Shown here in pieces: positions 49,287 through 57,603 of a stretch of DNA of 64,000 bases. The position numbers were made by a program, and so were the translations under genes. The notes under the pieces are model-generated. The model saw nothing but the letters and a program-made list of their open reading frames with translations. It was not told the DNA's origin and did not search any database. The stretch comes from Chloroflexota bacterium. Its GTDB lineage: Bacteria > Chloroflexota > UBA11872 > VXNJ01. The DNA is taken from contig JASLPR010000003.1 of assembly GCA_030744875.1 (NCBI GenBank), positions 3,128 to 67,127 on the forward strand. The letters are read 5' to 3'. Numbering within the stretch: position 1 is the stretch's first letter; the number at the start of each line of letters is the position of its first letter.

Positions 49287-50486
49287 TCAACCACTCTTGG
49301 CGGCGGCTTCGACAGTTTCGCCGCCGATGTCGACGTTGGGACCGATGCGGCCGGTGGTGATGAGAAGGCTCACGAACACCGAAATGGCCGCCACGACCGC
49401 CCCGGCGATGAACGGCAGGGCGTGGCCGTAGGCCTGCCAGAGCAGGCCGCCGGTGACGGGGACGATGACCGCCGCGATGTGGTTCATGGTTTGCCCGGTG
49501 ACCATGGTGGGGCGCAGGTCGGAGGGGCTGACCAGAATCTTCTCCACGTACGTGCTGATAGCGATGGAGTTGTTGAAGAGGATGTTGTCGACGACGTAGA
49601 GGACGTAGAGGATCCAGGGGATGTCGATGAAGGCGTAGCCGAGGAAGACGAAAGTGAGCCCGCCGAAGCCCCAGGCGAGAACGGGCTTTTCGCCATGGCG
49701 GTCGATCCAGCGGCCGAAGGTGTAGGCCGAGATGATGCTGCCGATCTGGTTGACGAATGAGAGTACAGCGATCTTTTCGATGGAAGCGCCGTGGATACGG
49801 ACCAGCGCGAAGAGGGCGAACGTCATGAAGACGTGGCGGCGGGTGCCGCTGAGGAACTGGAGGAAATAGAAGAGTATGTATTCGCGGCGCAGGACGATGC
49901 GCTGGTCGTGCGACTCAAGCGGGGAGCGGATGCGGAAGATGACCAGCCCGCCAATGGCGATAAGGATGCCGGAGACGATGAAGAGCGGGCGCATGCCGGT
50001 GGAGGTGGCGAAGAGGAAGACGATGCCGATACCAAGCAGTCCGGCCACGTTGCCGGTAGAGCGCAGCAGGCCGAGGCGGCTGCCTTCGTAGCCTGTTGGC
50101 CCCAGGCGAAGGGCGAGTGAGAGGCTGACCGGCGCCCAAGAGTGGAATCCGACGCTCCAGATGAGGGAGAAGACAACCAGCCCGGTGACGTCGTCGAGGT
50201 GAAGGTAGTTGGTGACGCCGAACGCCATGAGCAACAGGGCGATGCCGGCCAGGCGCGGCTCGAGCAGGAACATGGTGGCCGCCGCGATGAGCACGCTGAG
50301 CAGGCCGGGAATCTCGCGGATGGATTCCAGGATGCCCAACTCGTGGGGGAGGATGTTGATCTCGTCGGCGGCGAAATTGGTGAACAGGACGTTGTACATG
50401 AAGAAGCCGAGCGAGAAGAAGGCCGAGCCGAGGATGAGGATCCGGAAGTCGCGGTTTTCACCGAGTAGCTTGATGCGGTCGAGCAC
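49287..50486 (-). CDS. MFS transporter (12 TMS)
   Basis: 399-aa hydrophobic ORF with MFS-like topology. Confidence 0.78.
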   Translation of the reverse strand: MLDRIKLLGENRDFRILILGSAFFSLGFFMYNVLFTNFAADEINILPHELGILESIREIPGLLSVLIAAATMFLLEPRLAGIALLLMAFGVTNYLHLDDVTGLVVFSLIWSVGFHSWAPVSLSLALRLGPTGYEGSRLGLLRSTGNVAGLLGIGIVFLFATSTGMRPLFIVSGILIAIGGLVIFRIRSPLESHDQRIVLRREYILFYFLQFLSGTRRHVFMTFALFALVRIHGASIEKIAVLSFVNQIGSIISAYTFGRWIDRHGEKPVLAWGFGGLTFVFLGYAFIDIPWILYVLYVVDNILFNNSIAISTYVEKILVSPSDLRPTMVTGQTMNHIAAVIVPVTGGLLWQAYGHALPFIAGAVVAAISVFVSLLITTGRIGPNVDIGGETVEAAAKSG

Positions 50487-50487
50487 G

Positions 50488-52011
50488 CTAGTTGAGCTTT
50501 CGTAGGAGTGAGGGGATTTCGCTGAAGTGCGGGCCGAGGGAAGTGTAAAGGCTGCGATAGGCCGGGAGCAGGTGCGCGTAACGGGCGGCGGCGTCGGGAT
50601 CGGGCTCGACCTGGCTCTCGATATCGACCAGCCGGGCGGCTTCGGCGAGTGAATCGAACACGCCGAGGGTCTTCATGGCCAGCATCGCGGCGCCGAAGGC
50701 GGCGGCGTCGAAATCGGCGGGCAGGGCCAGCGGGCGGTTGAGGACGTCGGCGAGGATGCCCGTCCAGAGGGACGACTTGCGGAAGCCGCCGGTGGTGCGT
50801 ATCTCGGAGGGCTCGCCGCAGATCTCGATGAGCGCGCCGACTACGTCGGCGAAATGCATCGTGACGCCTTCAATCGCCGCGCGGGCGATGTGGCGTTCGT
50901 CGTGCCCGACGGTGAGTCCGAAGAGCACGCCGCGGGCATCGACGTTCCAGTAGGGAGAACGCTCGCCGGCCAGGTAGGGGAGGACCAGCAGGCCGTTGGC
51001 GCCGATGGCGGCTTCGGCGGCCGCGGCCATCAGGGCGGCATAGCCGGCCTCGCCGTCTTCGTTGGGAAAATGGCGGTCGCGTATCCAGCGCAATACGATG
51101 CCGGCGCTGCTGATGGAGACGCCGTTTACCCAGAGACCGTCGGCCAGGTAGTAGGACCAGGTCTTGCGCTCGGGGTGAAGAACGGGCTCGGGGAGGATGG
51201 TGCGGCAGGCGGCGCTGGTGGCGATCATGGCGGTGTAGGAGCCGGGTTCGATGGAGCCGACGCCGATATTGGAGAGCATGCCGTCGGCGGCGCCAGCGAG
51301 GAGTGGGGTCCGCGGATCAATTCCAATGGCGCGGGCGATGTCGGGCCGGAAATGGACGATGGTGTCCGGCTCGACGATGTTGCCGAGGGTGCCGGTATCG
51401 AGGTCGAGGTAGCCGACCCAGGCGTCGTTCCAGGCCGGCCCCTGGAGGTTGAGCAGGCCGGAGCCGGAGCCGACCGAGCGGTCGAGAATCATCTCGTCGG
51501 CGAGCTGGTGAAGCAGGAAGGTCTTGGTGGGGACGAAGTGGGCGGTGTCGGCATAGAGATCGGGGCGGGTGCGCTTGAGCCACGCGATCTTGGGTCCGGT
51601 GTAGATGCCGTGGAACTGGGAGCCGGTGGCGCGGTAGACGGCGTCTTCGTCGAGGCGGCGGCGGGAGTCAAGGACATCGGGAGCGCAGCGCAGGTCGGCC
51701 CAGGTGAGCGCGTTCATGAGCGGCTCGCCGTGGCGGTCGAGGGCGAGCATGGAGCCGACGATGGAACTGAGGCAGACGGCGGCGACGTGGTAATCGCCGG
51801 CGGAATCGAGGTTCTGGACGCATTCGCCGAGGACGCGGGTGCTGACGTCGATGTAGTCGGCGGGCCGCTGCTCGGCCGCGCCGGCGATGGGGCTGAGCAG
51901 GGCTAGATCGCGGCGCGCCTCCGCCGCCAACCGCCCGGCGGCGGTGTAGGCGACGGCCTTTACCCCGGTGGTGCCAACATCGAGCCCGATGTAGACCGGC
52001 TCAGCGGTCAG
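50488..52011 (-). CDS. FGGY-family carbohydrate kinase (xylulokinase/gluconokinase-like); start codon unclear
   Basis: The track ORF begins at an internal TTG (51930). My upstream translation continues in frame as ..PTRRPTLTAEPVYIGLDVGTTGVKAVAYTAAGR, which is the FGGY phosphate-1 motif. There is no ATG/GTG/TTG between the upstream TAG and that motif. CTG at 52009-52011 would give MTAEPVYIGLDVG. Confidence 0.8.
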   Translation of the reverse strand: MTAEPVYIGLDVGTTGVKAVAYTAAGRLAAEARRDLALLSPIAGAAEQRPADYIDVSTRVLGECVQNLDSAGDYHVAAVCLSSIVGSMLALDRHGEPLMNALTWADLRCAPDVLDSRRRLDEDAVYRATGSQFHGIYTGPKIAWLKRTRPDLYADTAHFVPTKTFLLHQLADEMILDRSVGSGSGLLNLQGPAWNDAWVGYLDLDTGTLGNIVEPDTIVHFRPDIARAIGIDPRTPLLAGAADGMLSNIGVGSIEPGSYTAMIATSAACRTILPEPVLHPERKTWSYYLADGLWVNGVSISSAGIVLRWIRDRHFPNEDGEAGYAALMAAAAEAAIGANGLLVLPYLAGERSPYWNVDARGVLFGLTVGHDERHIARAAIEGVTMHFADVVGALIEICGEPSEIRTTGGFRKSSLWTGILADVLNRPLALPADFDAAAFGAAMLAMKTLGVFDSLAEAARLVDIESQVEPDPDAAARYAHLLPAYRSLYTSLGPHFSEIPSLLRKLN

Positions 52012-52053
52012 AGTCGGTCTCCGGGTGGGGTGGTGAGGACGGACGGAGGGCGG

Positions 52054-52266
52054 CTATGAGCGCATCCGGCCTTTGCCGTTGCAACGCGGGCAGGAACCCT
52101 CGGCGACGTGCCAGCCGCCCTCTTGGGAAGGGTCGGGCCAGCGCTCGCTGATCTGCCCGGAGCCGTCGCAACGGGTGCAGGTGGGCCCACGCGGCGGCAG
52201 CATTCGGGGCACGAAGATGAGTGCCAGGGCGACGACCACGATGATGACGACGAAGCTCGGGTCCAT
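52054..52266 (-). CDS. small membrane-anchored protein with DnaJ-type zinc-finger repeats
   Basis: The internal ATG 52264-52266 gives a 70-aa protein. It has one TM helix (FVVIIVVVALALIFV) followed by C.RC.GSG ... C.RC.GKG (two CxxCxGxG motifs). Confidence 0.5.
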   Translation of the reverse strand: MDPSFVVIIVVVALALIFVPRMLPPRGPTCTRCDGSGQISERWPDPSQEGGWHVAEGSCPRCNGKGRMRS

Positions 52267-52410
52267 GCGCGTTCCTTCCCCCTCGGCGTGGCCGGAGGTA
52301 CCGGCCCCCCCCCACCCGGAATGCGGCGTCGAGCGGGACTTGTTACCGGGACAGTTTCTCACAAGCGGCGTTTTTGTTTCGAGCGGCCGGGACATCTACA
52401 ATCCGTAGCT

Positions 52411-55400
52411 ATGAGCGACGCCACCACGGACGGGTTTGTACACCTCCACGTTCACAGCGAATTTAGCCTGCTGGACGGCATGGGCAAGATACCGGCGCTG
52501 GTGGCACGGGCGTGCGAGTTGGGGATGCCGGCGCTTGGTTTGACGGACCACGGCGTGATGTTCGGGGCGATGGATTTCTACCTCGAAGCGCGCCGCCAGG
52601 GCATCAAGCCGATCGTGGGTTGCGAGTTCTACGTGGCCCCGCGGCAGATGACCGACAGGGAAGGTCGCAAGGACGGGGCGGTCTCGCACCTGACGCTGCT
52701 GGCGGCCAACGAGACTGGCTATCGCAACCTGATCGCGATGGCCTCGAAGGCGCAACTGGAGGGCTTCTACTACCGGCCGCGGATCGATCGCGAGCTGCTG
52801 GCGGAAAGCGCCGAGGGATTAATCTGCCTGTCCGGCTGCCCATCGAGCGAGATTTCGCGGCTGGTGCGCGATATGAACCTGGACCAGGCGGTGGAACTGG
52901 CGGGCTGGTACCAGGATGTATTCGGCAAGGACAGCTTTTTCGTCGAGGTGCAGAACCACGGCATGGAGATGGAGAAGCAGCTGGGCGCGGGGCTGATCGA
53001 GGTGGCCGACCGGGTGGGGGCGATGCTGGTGGGCACGAATGATGTGCACTACGTGGACGAGGCGGACAAGGACGCGCACGATGTGCTGCTGTGCGTGGGC
53101 ACCAACAGCACCGTGGACCAGGCGGACCGGATGCGGATGCAGGGCGATTACCACCTGAAGACGGAACAGGAGATGGCGGTGGCGCTGCGGGAGTTTCCCG
53201 GCGCGCTGACCAACACCCTGGCGGTGGCGGAGCGCTGCGAGCTGGAGCTGAACTTCGACCGAATTTCGCTGCCACAGATGGAGATTCCGGCTGGCGAGGA
53301 TGAGAACAGCTACTTGCGCAAAATGGCGCTGGAGGGCCTGGACCGGCGGTTGCCGGGGGCGGACGCGAGCTACCGCGAGCGCGTGGATATGGAACTGGCG
53401 ACCATCGAGCAGCTGGGCTTCGCGATGTATTTCCTGATTCACGCCGATGTGTTTCGGTTCTCGCGCTCAAAAGGTATGCTGGCCGGTCCACGGGGCTCGG
53501 TGGGCGGTAGCCTGGTGGCCTTTTGCCTCTTCATTTCGGACATCGATCCGCTGCTGCGCGACATCTCGTTCGAGCGCTTCCTGAACGAGGGGCGCCAGGG
53601 GCAGCCGCCGGACATCGACATGGATTTCCCGGATGACGGCCGCGAGGAAGTTATCAACTACGTGGTGGAGAAGTACGGGCGCGACCGGGTGGCGCAGATC
53701 GCGACTTTTGGCACGATGGCGGCGCGCGGGGCGATTCGCGATGTGGGCCGGGCGATGGGGATGTCGTACGGCGAGGTGGACAAGATCGCCAAGGCGATTC
53801 CCTTCAGCGGTGTGGAGCCGTGGGACATTACGCGGGCGCTGAAGAAGGTGCCGCAACTAAAGGAAATGTATGCCCGGGAGCCGGCCGTGCAACGGCTGCT
53901 GGACACCGCCAAACAACTGGAGGGGGTTTCGCGGAACGCCTCGGTGCACGCCGCCGGGGTGGTGGTGTCGAACCTGCCGCTGGTGGAACACGTGCCGCTG
54001 ATGCGCTCGGGCTCGAGCGGGGACCCGGTGGCGCAGTACACCTTCGGGACGCTGGAGCGAATCGGCTTCCTGAAGATGGACTTCCTGGGGCTGGCGACGT
54101 TCCGCACCATCAATAAAACGCTGAAGTTCGTGCAGCAGACGCGCGGCGAGAAGCTGGTGATCCAGGACGTGCCGTTTGACGATGCGAAGACCTTTGATCT
54201 GCTGGCGCGCGGGGAGACGGTGGGGCTGTTCCAGCTTGAGGGCTCGGCGATGACGCGGCACCTGACGCACCTGAAGCCGACGAGCGTCTCGGATCTGGCG
54301 GCGATGGTGGCACTGTACCGGCCGGGACCGATGGCGAATATCGACGAGTACGTGCGGATGAAGGAAACACCGGATGAGGTCACGTACCTGCACCCGGCGC
54401 TGGAGCCGATCCTGAAGGAGACCCACGGGGTGATGGTGTACCAGGACCAGGTGCTGCTGGCGGCGCGTGACCTGGCCGGCTATACCTGGCCGGAGATCGA
54501 TGTCATGCGCAAAGCGATGGGGAAGAAGATCGCGGAGGAGCTGCGTATCCAGCGCGAGAAGTTCGTCGACGGCGCGGTGGCGAAGGATGTGGAGCGGCAC
54601 ACGGCGGAGGAAATCTATTCGCTGATCGAGCCCTTCGGCGGCTACGGCTTCAACAAGGCCCACGCTTTCTTCTACGGGACGATCGCCTACTGGACGGCCT
54701 ACCTGAAGGCGAACTACCCGGTGGAGTTCATGGCGTCGGTGTTGATTACCAACAGCGGCGACTCGGGCAAGATCGCGGCGGCGTTCGCGGAGTGCGACGG
54801 CAAGGGGATTGAGATCGTGGCGCCGTCGATCTCGCGCAGCGAGGCGGATTTTCGGATCGATGGCAACCAGATCGTCTGGGGACTGGCGGCGGTGAAGAAC
54901 GTGGGCAAGACGGCGATGGAGAGCATCGTGGCGACCCGCGCGCACGAGCCGTTTACGTCGCTGGAGCAGTTCTGCCAGAGCGTCGATGGGAAGGTGCTGA
55001 ACCGGCGCATGGTCGAGAGCCTGGTAAAGGTGGGGGCGATGGACGAGATGGGCGAGCGCAACGCGCTGCTGGAGGCGCTGGGTCCGGCGGTGGAACGGGC
55101 CCAGAAGTTGCAGCGCGATGGGCTGGCTGGGCACGCGACGCTGTTTGACACGATCGATGATGCGGCGGCGCCTTCGATGGAGGCCGAACTGCCGGACGTG
55201 CCGCCGGCGAGCGACGACGAGAAGTCGGCCTGGGAAGTGGAGTTGCTGGGGGTGAAGTTCTCGCCGGATGACTTTGACCGGGCCTGGCCGCGGCTGAAGG
55301 CGACGCTGCGCATGGCGCCGGCGGAGATCGGCGAGGAACACAACGATCAGTACGTAGATACCGGCGGGCAGATCAAGCAGTTTCGCAGCTTCCCGACGCG

Positions 55401-56235
55401 GCGCGGCGCTGAGATGGCGGCATTCGTGCTGCACACCCCGGAGGGCGACGTGGAGGTGACCGTACTGCCGGGAGCGTATGACTCGCACCGGGAGAATTTG
55501 GTGGAGGATCAGGTGGTGGCGCTGCGGGTGAAGGCGGAGGTGGATGACCTGGCGGTACGGCTGCTGGTGGACCGGCAGAGTTCGCTGCAGCGGTTTGCCG
55601 ATCCGGCGGATTACCCGGAGATGGGGGCGCAAGTGGTGGCGACGGAACCGGAAGTGGTGGAGGTTGCGGTCGGGACGGAGTCGGAGGCGGCGGAGTCGAA
55701 TGGCGCTACGGAACCGGCGGCGGCGGAAGCGGCTGATGACGCCGTGGTTGCTGAAGAGGAAGTCATGGACGCGCTGGATGAAACGGTGGCGGTGGAGGAG
55801 GCAGCCGTGGAAGCACCGGCAGAGGCGGGGGTTGTTGAAGAGGATGTCGTCGAGGTGCCGGCCGAGGCGATGGCTGAGGAAGAGGAGATCGCGGAGACGC
55901 CGCTGGCTGAAACGGTGGCCGCTCAAGCGGAAGTCGTGGACGCGACGGCCAACGGAGCCGGGACGGAAGCCGGCGGGAGCGTGCGGGTGGTCATGCGCCG
56001 GTCGGGTAACTTCGGCCGCGATCAGGAGTACCTGGACAAGTTCAACCGGGTGGCTCTGAAGCACGCAGGCGGGGCGGAGCTTTTCTTGCTGATCGCCGAT
56101 GACGAGGCGCAGGTGGCGCTGCGCTGGAAACTCCAGGTGACGCCGGATGCGGGCTTCGTGGCCGCCATCGAGGCGCTGGATGGCTCGGAGCGGGTCGAGG
56201 TGCAGGCAGCGGGCGACGGCGGTACCGCAGGGTGA
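52411..56235 (+). CDS. dnaE: DNA polymerase III alpha subunit
   Basis: The conserved PHP start MSDATTDGFVHLHVHSEFSLLDG is at ATG 52411. The 101 upstream codons of the track ORF overlap the opposite-strand gene and look non-coding. 1274 aa, with an acidic insertion at ~55640-55980. Confidence 0.97.
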   Translation: MSDATTDGFVHLHVHSEFSLLDGMGKIPALVARACELGMPALGLTDHGVMFGAMDFYLEARRQGIKPIVGCEFYVAPRQMTDREGRKDGAVSHLTLLAANETGYRNLIAMASKAQLEGFYYRPRIDRELLAESAEGLICLSGCPSSEISRLVRDMNLDQAVELAGWYQDVFGKDSFFVEVQNHGMEMEKQLGAGLIEVADRVGAMLVGTNDVHYVDEADKDAHDVLLCVGTNSTVDQADRMRMQGDYHLKTEQEMAVALREFPGALTNTLAVAERCELELNFDRISLPQMEIPAGEDENSYLRKMALEGLDRRLPGADASYRERVDMELATIEQLGFAMYFLIHADVFRFSRSKGMLAGPRGSVGGSLVAFCLFISDIDPLLRDISFERFLNEGRQGQPPDIDMDFPDDGREEVINYVVEKYGRDRVAQIATFGTMAARGAIRDVGRAMGMSYGEVDKIAKAIPFSGVEPWDITRALKKVPQLKEMYAREPAVQRLLDTAKQLEGVSRNASVHAAGVVVSNLPLVEHVPLMRSGSSGDPVAQYTFGTLERIGFLKMDFLGLATFRTINKTLKFVQQTRGEKLVIQDVPFDDAKTFDLLARGETVGLFQLEGSAMTRHLTHLKPTSVSDLAAMVALYRPGPMANIDEYVRMKETPDEVTYLHPALEPILKETHGVMVYQDQVLLAARDLAGYTWPEIDVMRKAMGKKIAEELRIQREKFVDGAVAKDVERHTAEEIYSLIEPFGGYGFNKAHAFFYGTIAYWTAYLKANYPVEFMASVLITNSGDSGKIAAAFAECDGKGIEIVAPSISRSEADFRIDGNQIVWGLAAVKNVGKTAMESIVATRAHEPFTSLEQFCQSVDGKVLNRRMVESLVKVGAMDEMGERNALLEALGPAVERAQKLQRDGLAGHATLFDTIDDAAAPSMEAELPDVPPASDDEKSAWEVELLGVKFSPDDFDRAWPRLKATLRMAPAEIGEEHNDQYVDTGGQIKQFRSFPTRRGAEMAAFVLHTPEGDVEVTVLPGAYDSHRENLVEDQVVALRVKAEVDDLAVRLLVDRQSSLQRFADPADYPEMGAQVVATEPEVVEVAVGTESEAAESNGATEPAAAEAADDAVVAEEEVMDALDETVAVEEAAVEAPAEAGVVEEDVVEVPAEAMAEEEEIAETPLAETVAAQAEVVDATANGAGTEAGGSVRVVMRRSGNFGRDQEYLDKFNRVALKHAGGAELFLLIADDEAQVALRWKLQVTPDAGFVAAIEALDGSERVEVQAAGDGGTAG

Positions 56236-56266
56236 ATTACCGCTTGAAGATCGGAGGCCGACCGAA

Positions 56267-57169
56267 ATGAAGCTGGGCTACATCGGAATGGGGACCATGG
56301 GCCTGCCGATGGCTGCGAATCTGCTGGCGGCCGGTCACGAATTGACGGTCTACAACCGCACCAGCACCCGCGCCGACGCGCTGGTGGAGAAGGGCGCCGC
56401 GCGGGCGGAGTCGGCGGCGGAACTGGCGGCGGCCGTGGAGGTGACCATGCTCTGCCTGGCCACTCCACCGGTATGTGAAGAGGTACTGCTGGGGCCCGAT
56501 GGGGTTATCGCGGCCATGCCGGCCGGTACCCTGCTGATCGATTTCAGCAGCAACGGCCCGGACACCGCGGGACGCTGTGACGAAGCCGCCGCGGCCGGCG
56601 GGGTGGGCTTCCTGGACGCGCCGGTGAGCGGCGGGCCCGGTGGGGCGGAGGACGGCACGCTGGCGATCATGGTGGGCGGCCGGGACGACGACTTCGCAAG
56701 AGTCGCGCCGCTGCTGGACATCATGGGTGGAGCGGTGCACCACATGGGCGGGGTGGGTGCCGGCAGCGTGGCCAAGATCGCCAACCAGTTGATCGTCGGG
56801 ACAAGCCTGGCGGTGCTGGCCGAGGCGTTCGTGATGGCGGCGAAGTACGGCCTGGACGTGCGGCAACTCTACGAGGTGCTGATGGCGTCTTCGTCGGGCA
56901 GCAAGGCGATGGAGCGCAATGTGGGCGGGAAGGTTCTGTATCGGGATTTTTCGCCGGACTTCAGCGTGGACCTGCTGTCGAAGGACCTGGGCCTGGCGAT
57001 GGACTTGGCGCGGCAGACCGGCACCCGCTCGGCGGCCGGGGCGATGGCCGATATGCTGCTGCGCGAGGCGCGGGCGCTGGGACACGGCGGCGAGGACATC
57101 GCGGCGGCAGTGCGGGTGCTGGAAGACCTGGCCGGGACGCGGGTTGAGTCGCGCGGCGAGTCCGGCTGA
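56267..57169 (+). CDS. NAD(P)-dependent 3-hydroxyisobutyrate dehydrogenase-family oxidoreductase
   Basis: The internal ATG 56267 gives MKLGYIGMGTMGLPMAANL (Rossmann GxGxxG). DAPVSGG and the G.GAG...K..NQ motif are present. 300 aa. Confidence 0.85.
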   Translation: MKLGYIGMGTMGLPMAANLLAAGHELTVYNRTSTRADALVEKGAARAESAAELAAAVEVTMLCLATPPVCEEVLLGPDGVIAAMPAGTLLIDFSSNGPDTAGRCDEAAAAGGVGFLDAPVSGGPGGAEDGTLAIMVGGRDDDFARVAPLLDIMGGAVHHMGGVGAGSVAKIANQLIVGTSLAVLAEAFVMAAKYGLDVRQLYEVLMASSSGSKAMERNVGGKVLYRDFSPDFSVDLLSKDLGLAMDLARQTGTRSAAGAMADMLLREARALGHGGEDIAAAVRVLEDLAGTRVESRGESG

Positions 57170-57211
57170 TCTTCCTTTGGTGATTGCCCGGCTCCAACCC
57201 GAGGTCCTGCG

Positions 57212-57598
57212 ATGATCCGTCGTTTCCTGGTGCGCTGGGTGTCGAATTTCGTGGCGGTTATGCTGGCGGCGTACCTGTTCGAAGACCAGATTCAACTGCA
57301 GGAGCGGGGCAGCGACGCCTACTGGATGACGCTGGCGGCCTTCGCGGCCGTGCTGGCGGTGCTGCAGCTCTACGTGCGCCCGATCGTGTACGCGGTGATG
57401 GGGCCGATTACCTGCCTGGTGATGGTGGTGACGCTGGGCCTGGCGCATTTCCTGACCGGAGCGGTGCTGTTCTGGCTGGCCGGGTCGTTCGTGGACGGCA
57501 TCGAGGTGGAGAGCTTCCTCTACGCGATGGCCGGGGCGGCGGTGGTGGCGGTGGTCGGAATGGCCGGCTCGATCTTCCTGGGCAGCAAGGTCCGGTGA
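57212..57598 (+). CDS. DUF360 / phage-holin-4-like four-TMS membrane protein
   Basis: 128-aa ORF. The N-terminal R.L..W..N..A...A..L pattern and four hydrophobic segments resemble the YvlD/DUF360 family. Confidence 0.6.
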   Translation: MIRRFLVRWVSNFVAVMLAAYLFEDQIQLQERGSDAYWMTLAAFAAVLAVLQLYVRPIVYAVMGPITCLVMVVTLGLAHFLTGAVLFWLAGSFVDGIEVESFLYAMAGAAVVAVVGMAGSIFLGSKVR

Positions 57599-57603
57599 GC
57601 GAT

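Noticed and set aside
52108-52410. The 101-codon N-terminal extension of the dnaE track ORF.
   Set aside because: The PHP-domain start MSDATTDGFVHLHVHSEFS begins at ATG 52411. The extension overlaps the opposite-strand zinc-finger gene and translates to Gly/Arg/Pro-rich sequence with no family resemblance.
57212-57598. The 'phage holin family 4' resemblance read as evidence of a prophage or lysis cassette.
   Set aside because: No endolysin, spanin, integrase, capsid or tail genes nearby. DUF360 proteins are widespread chromosomal membrane proteins.
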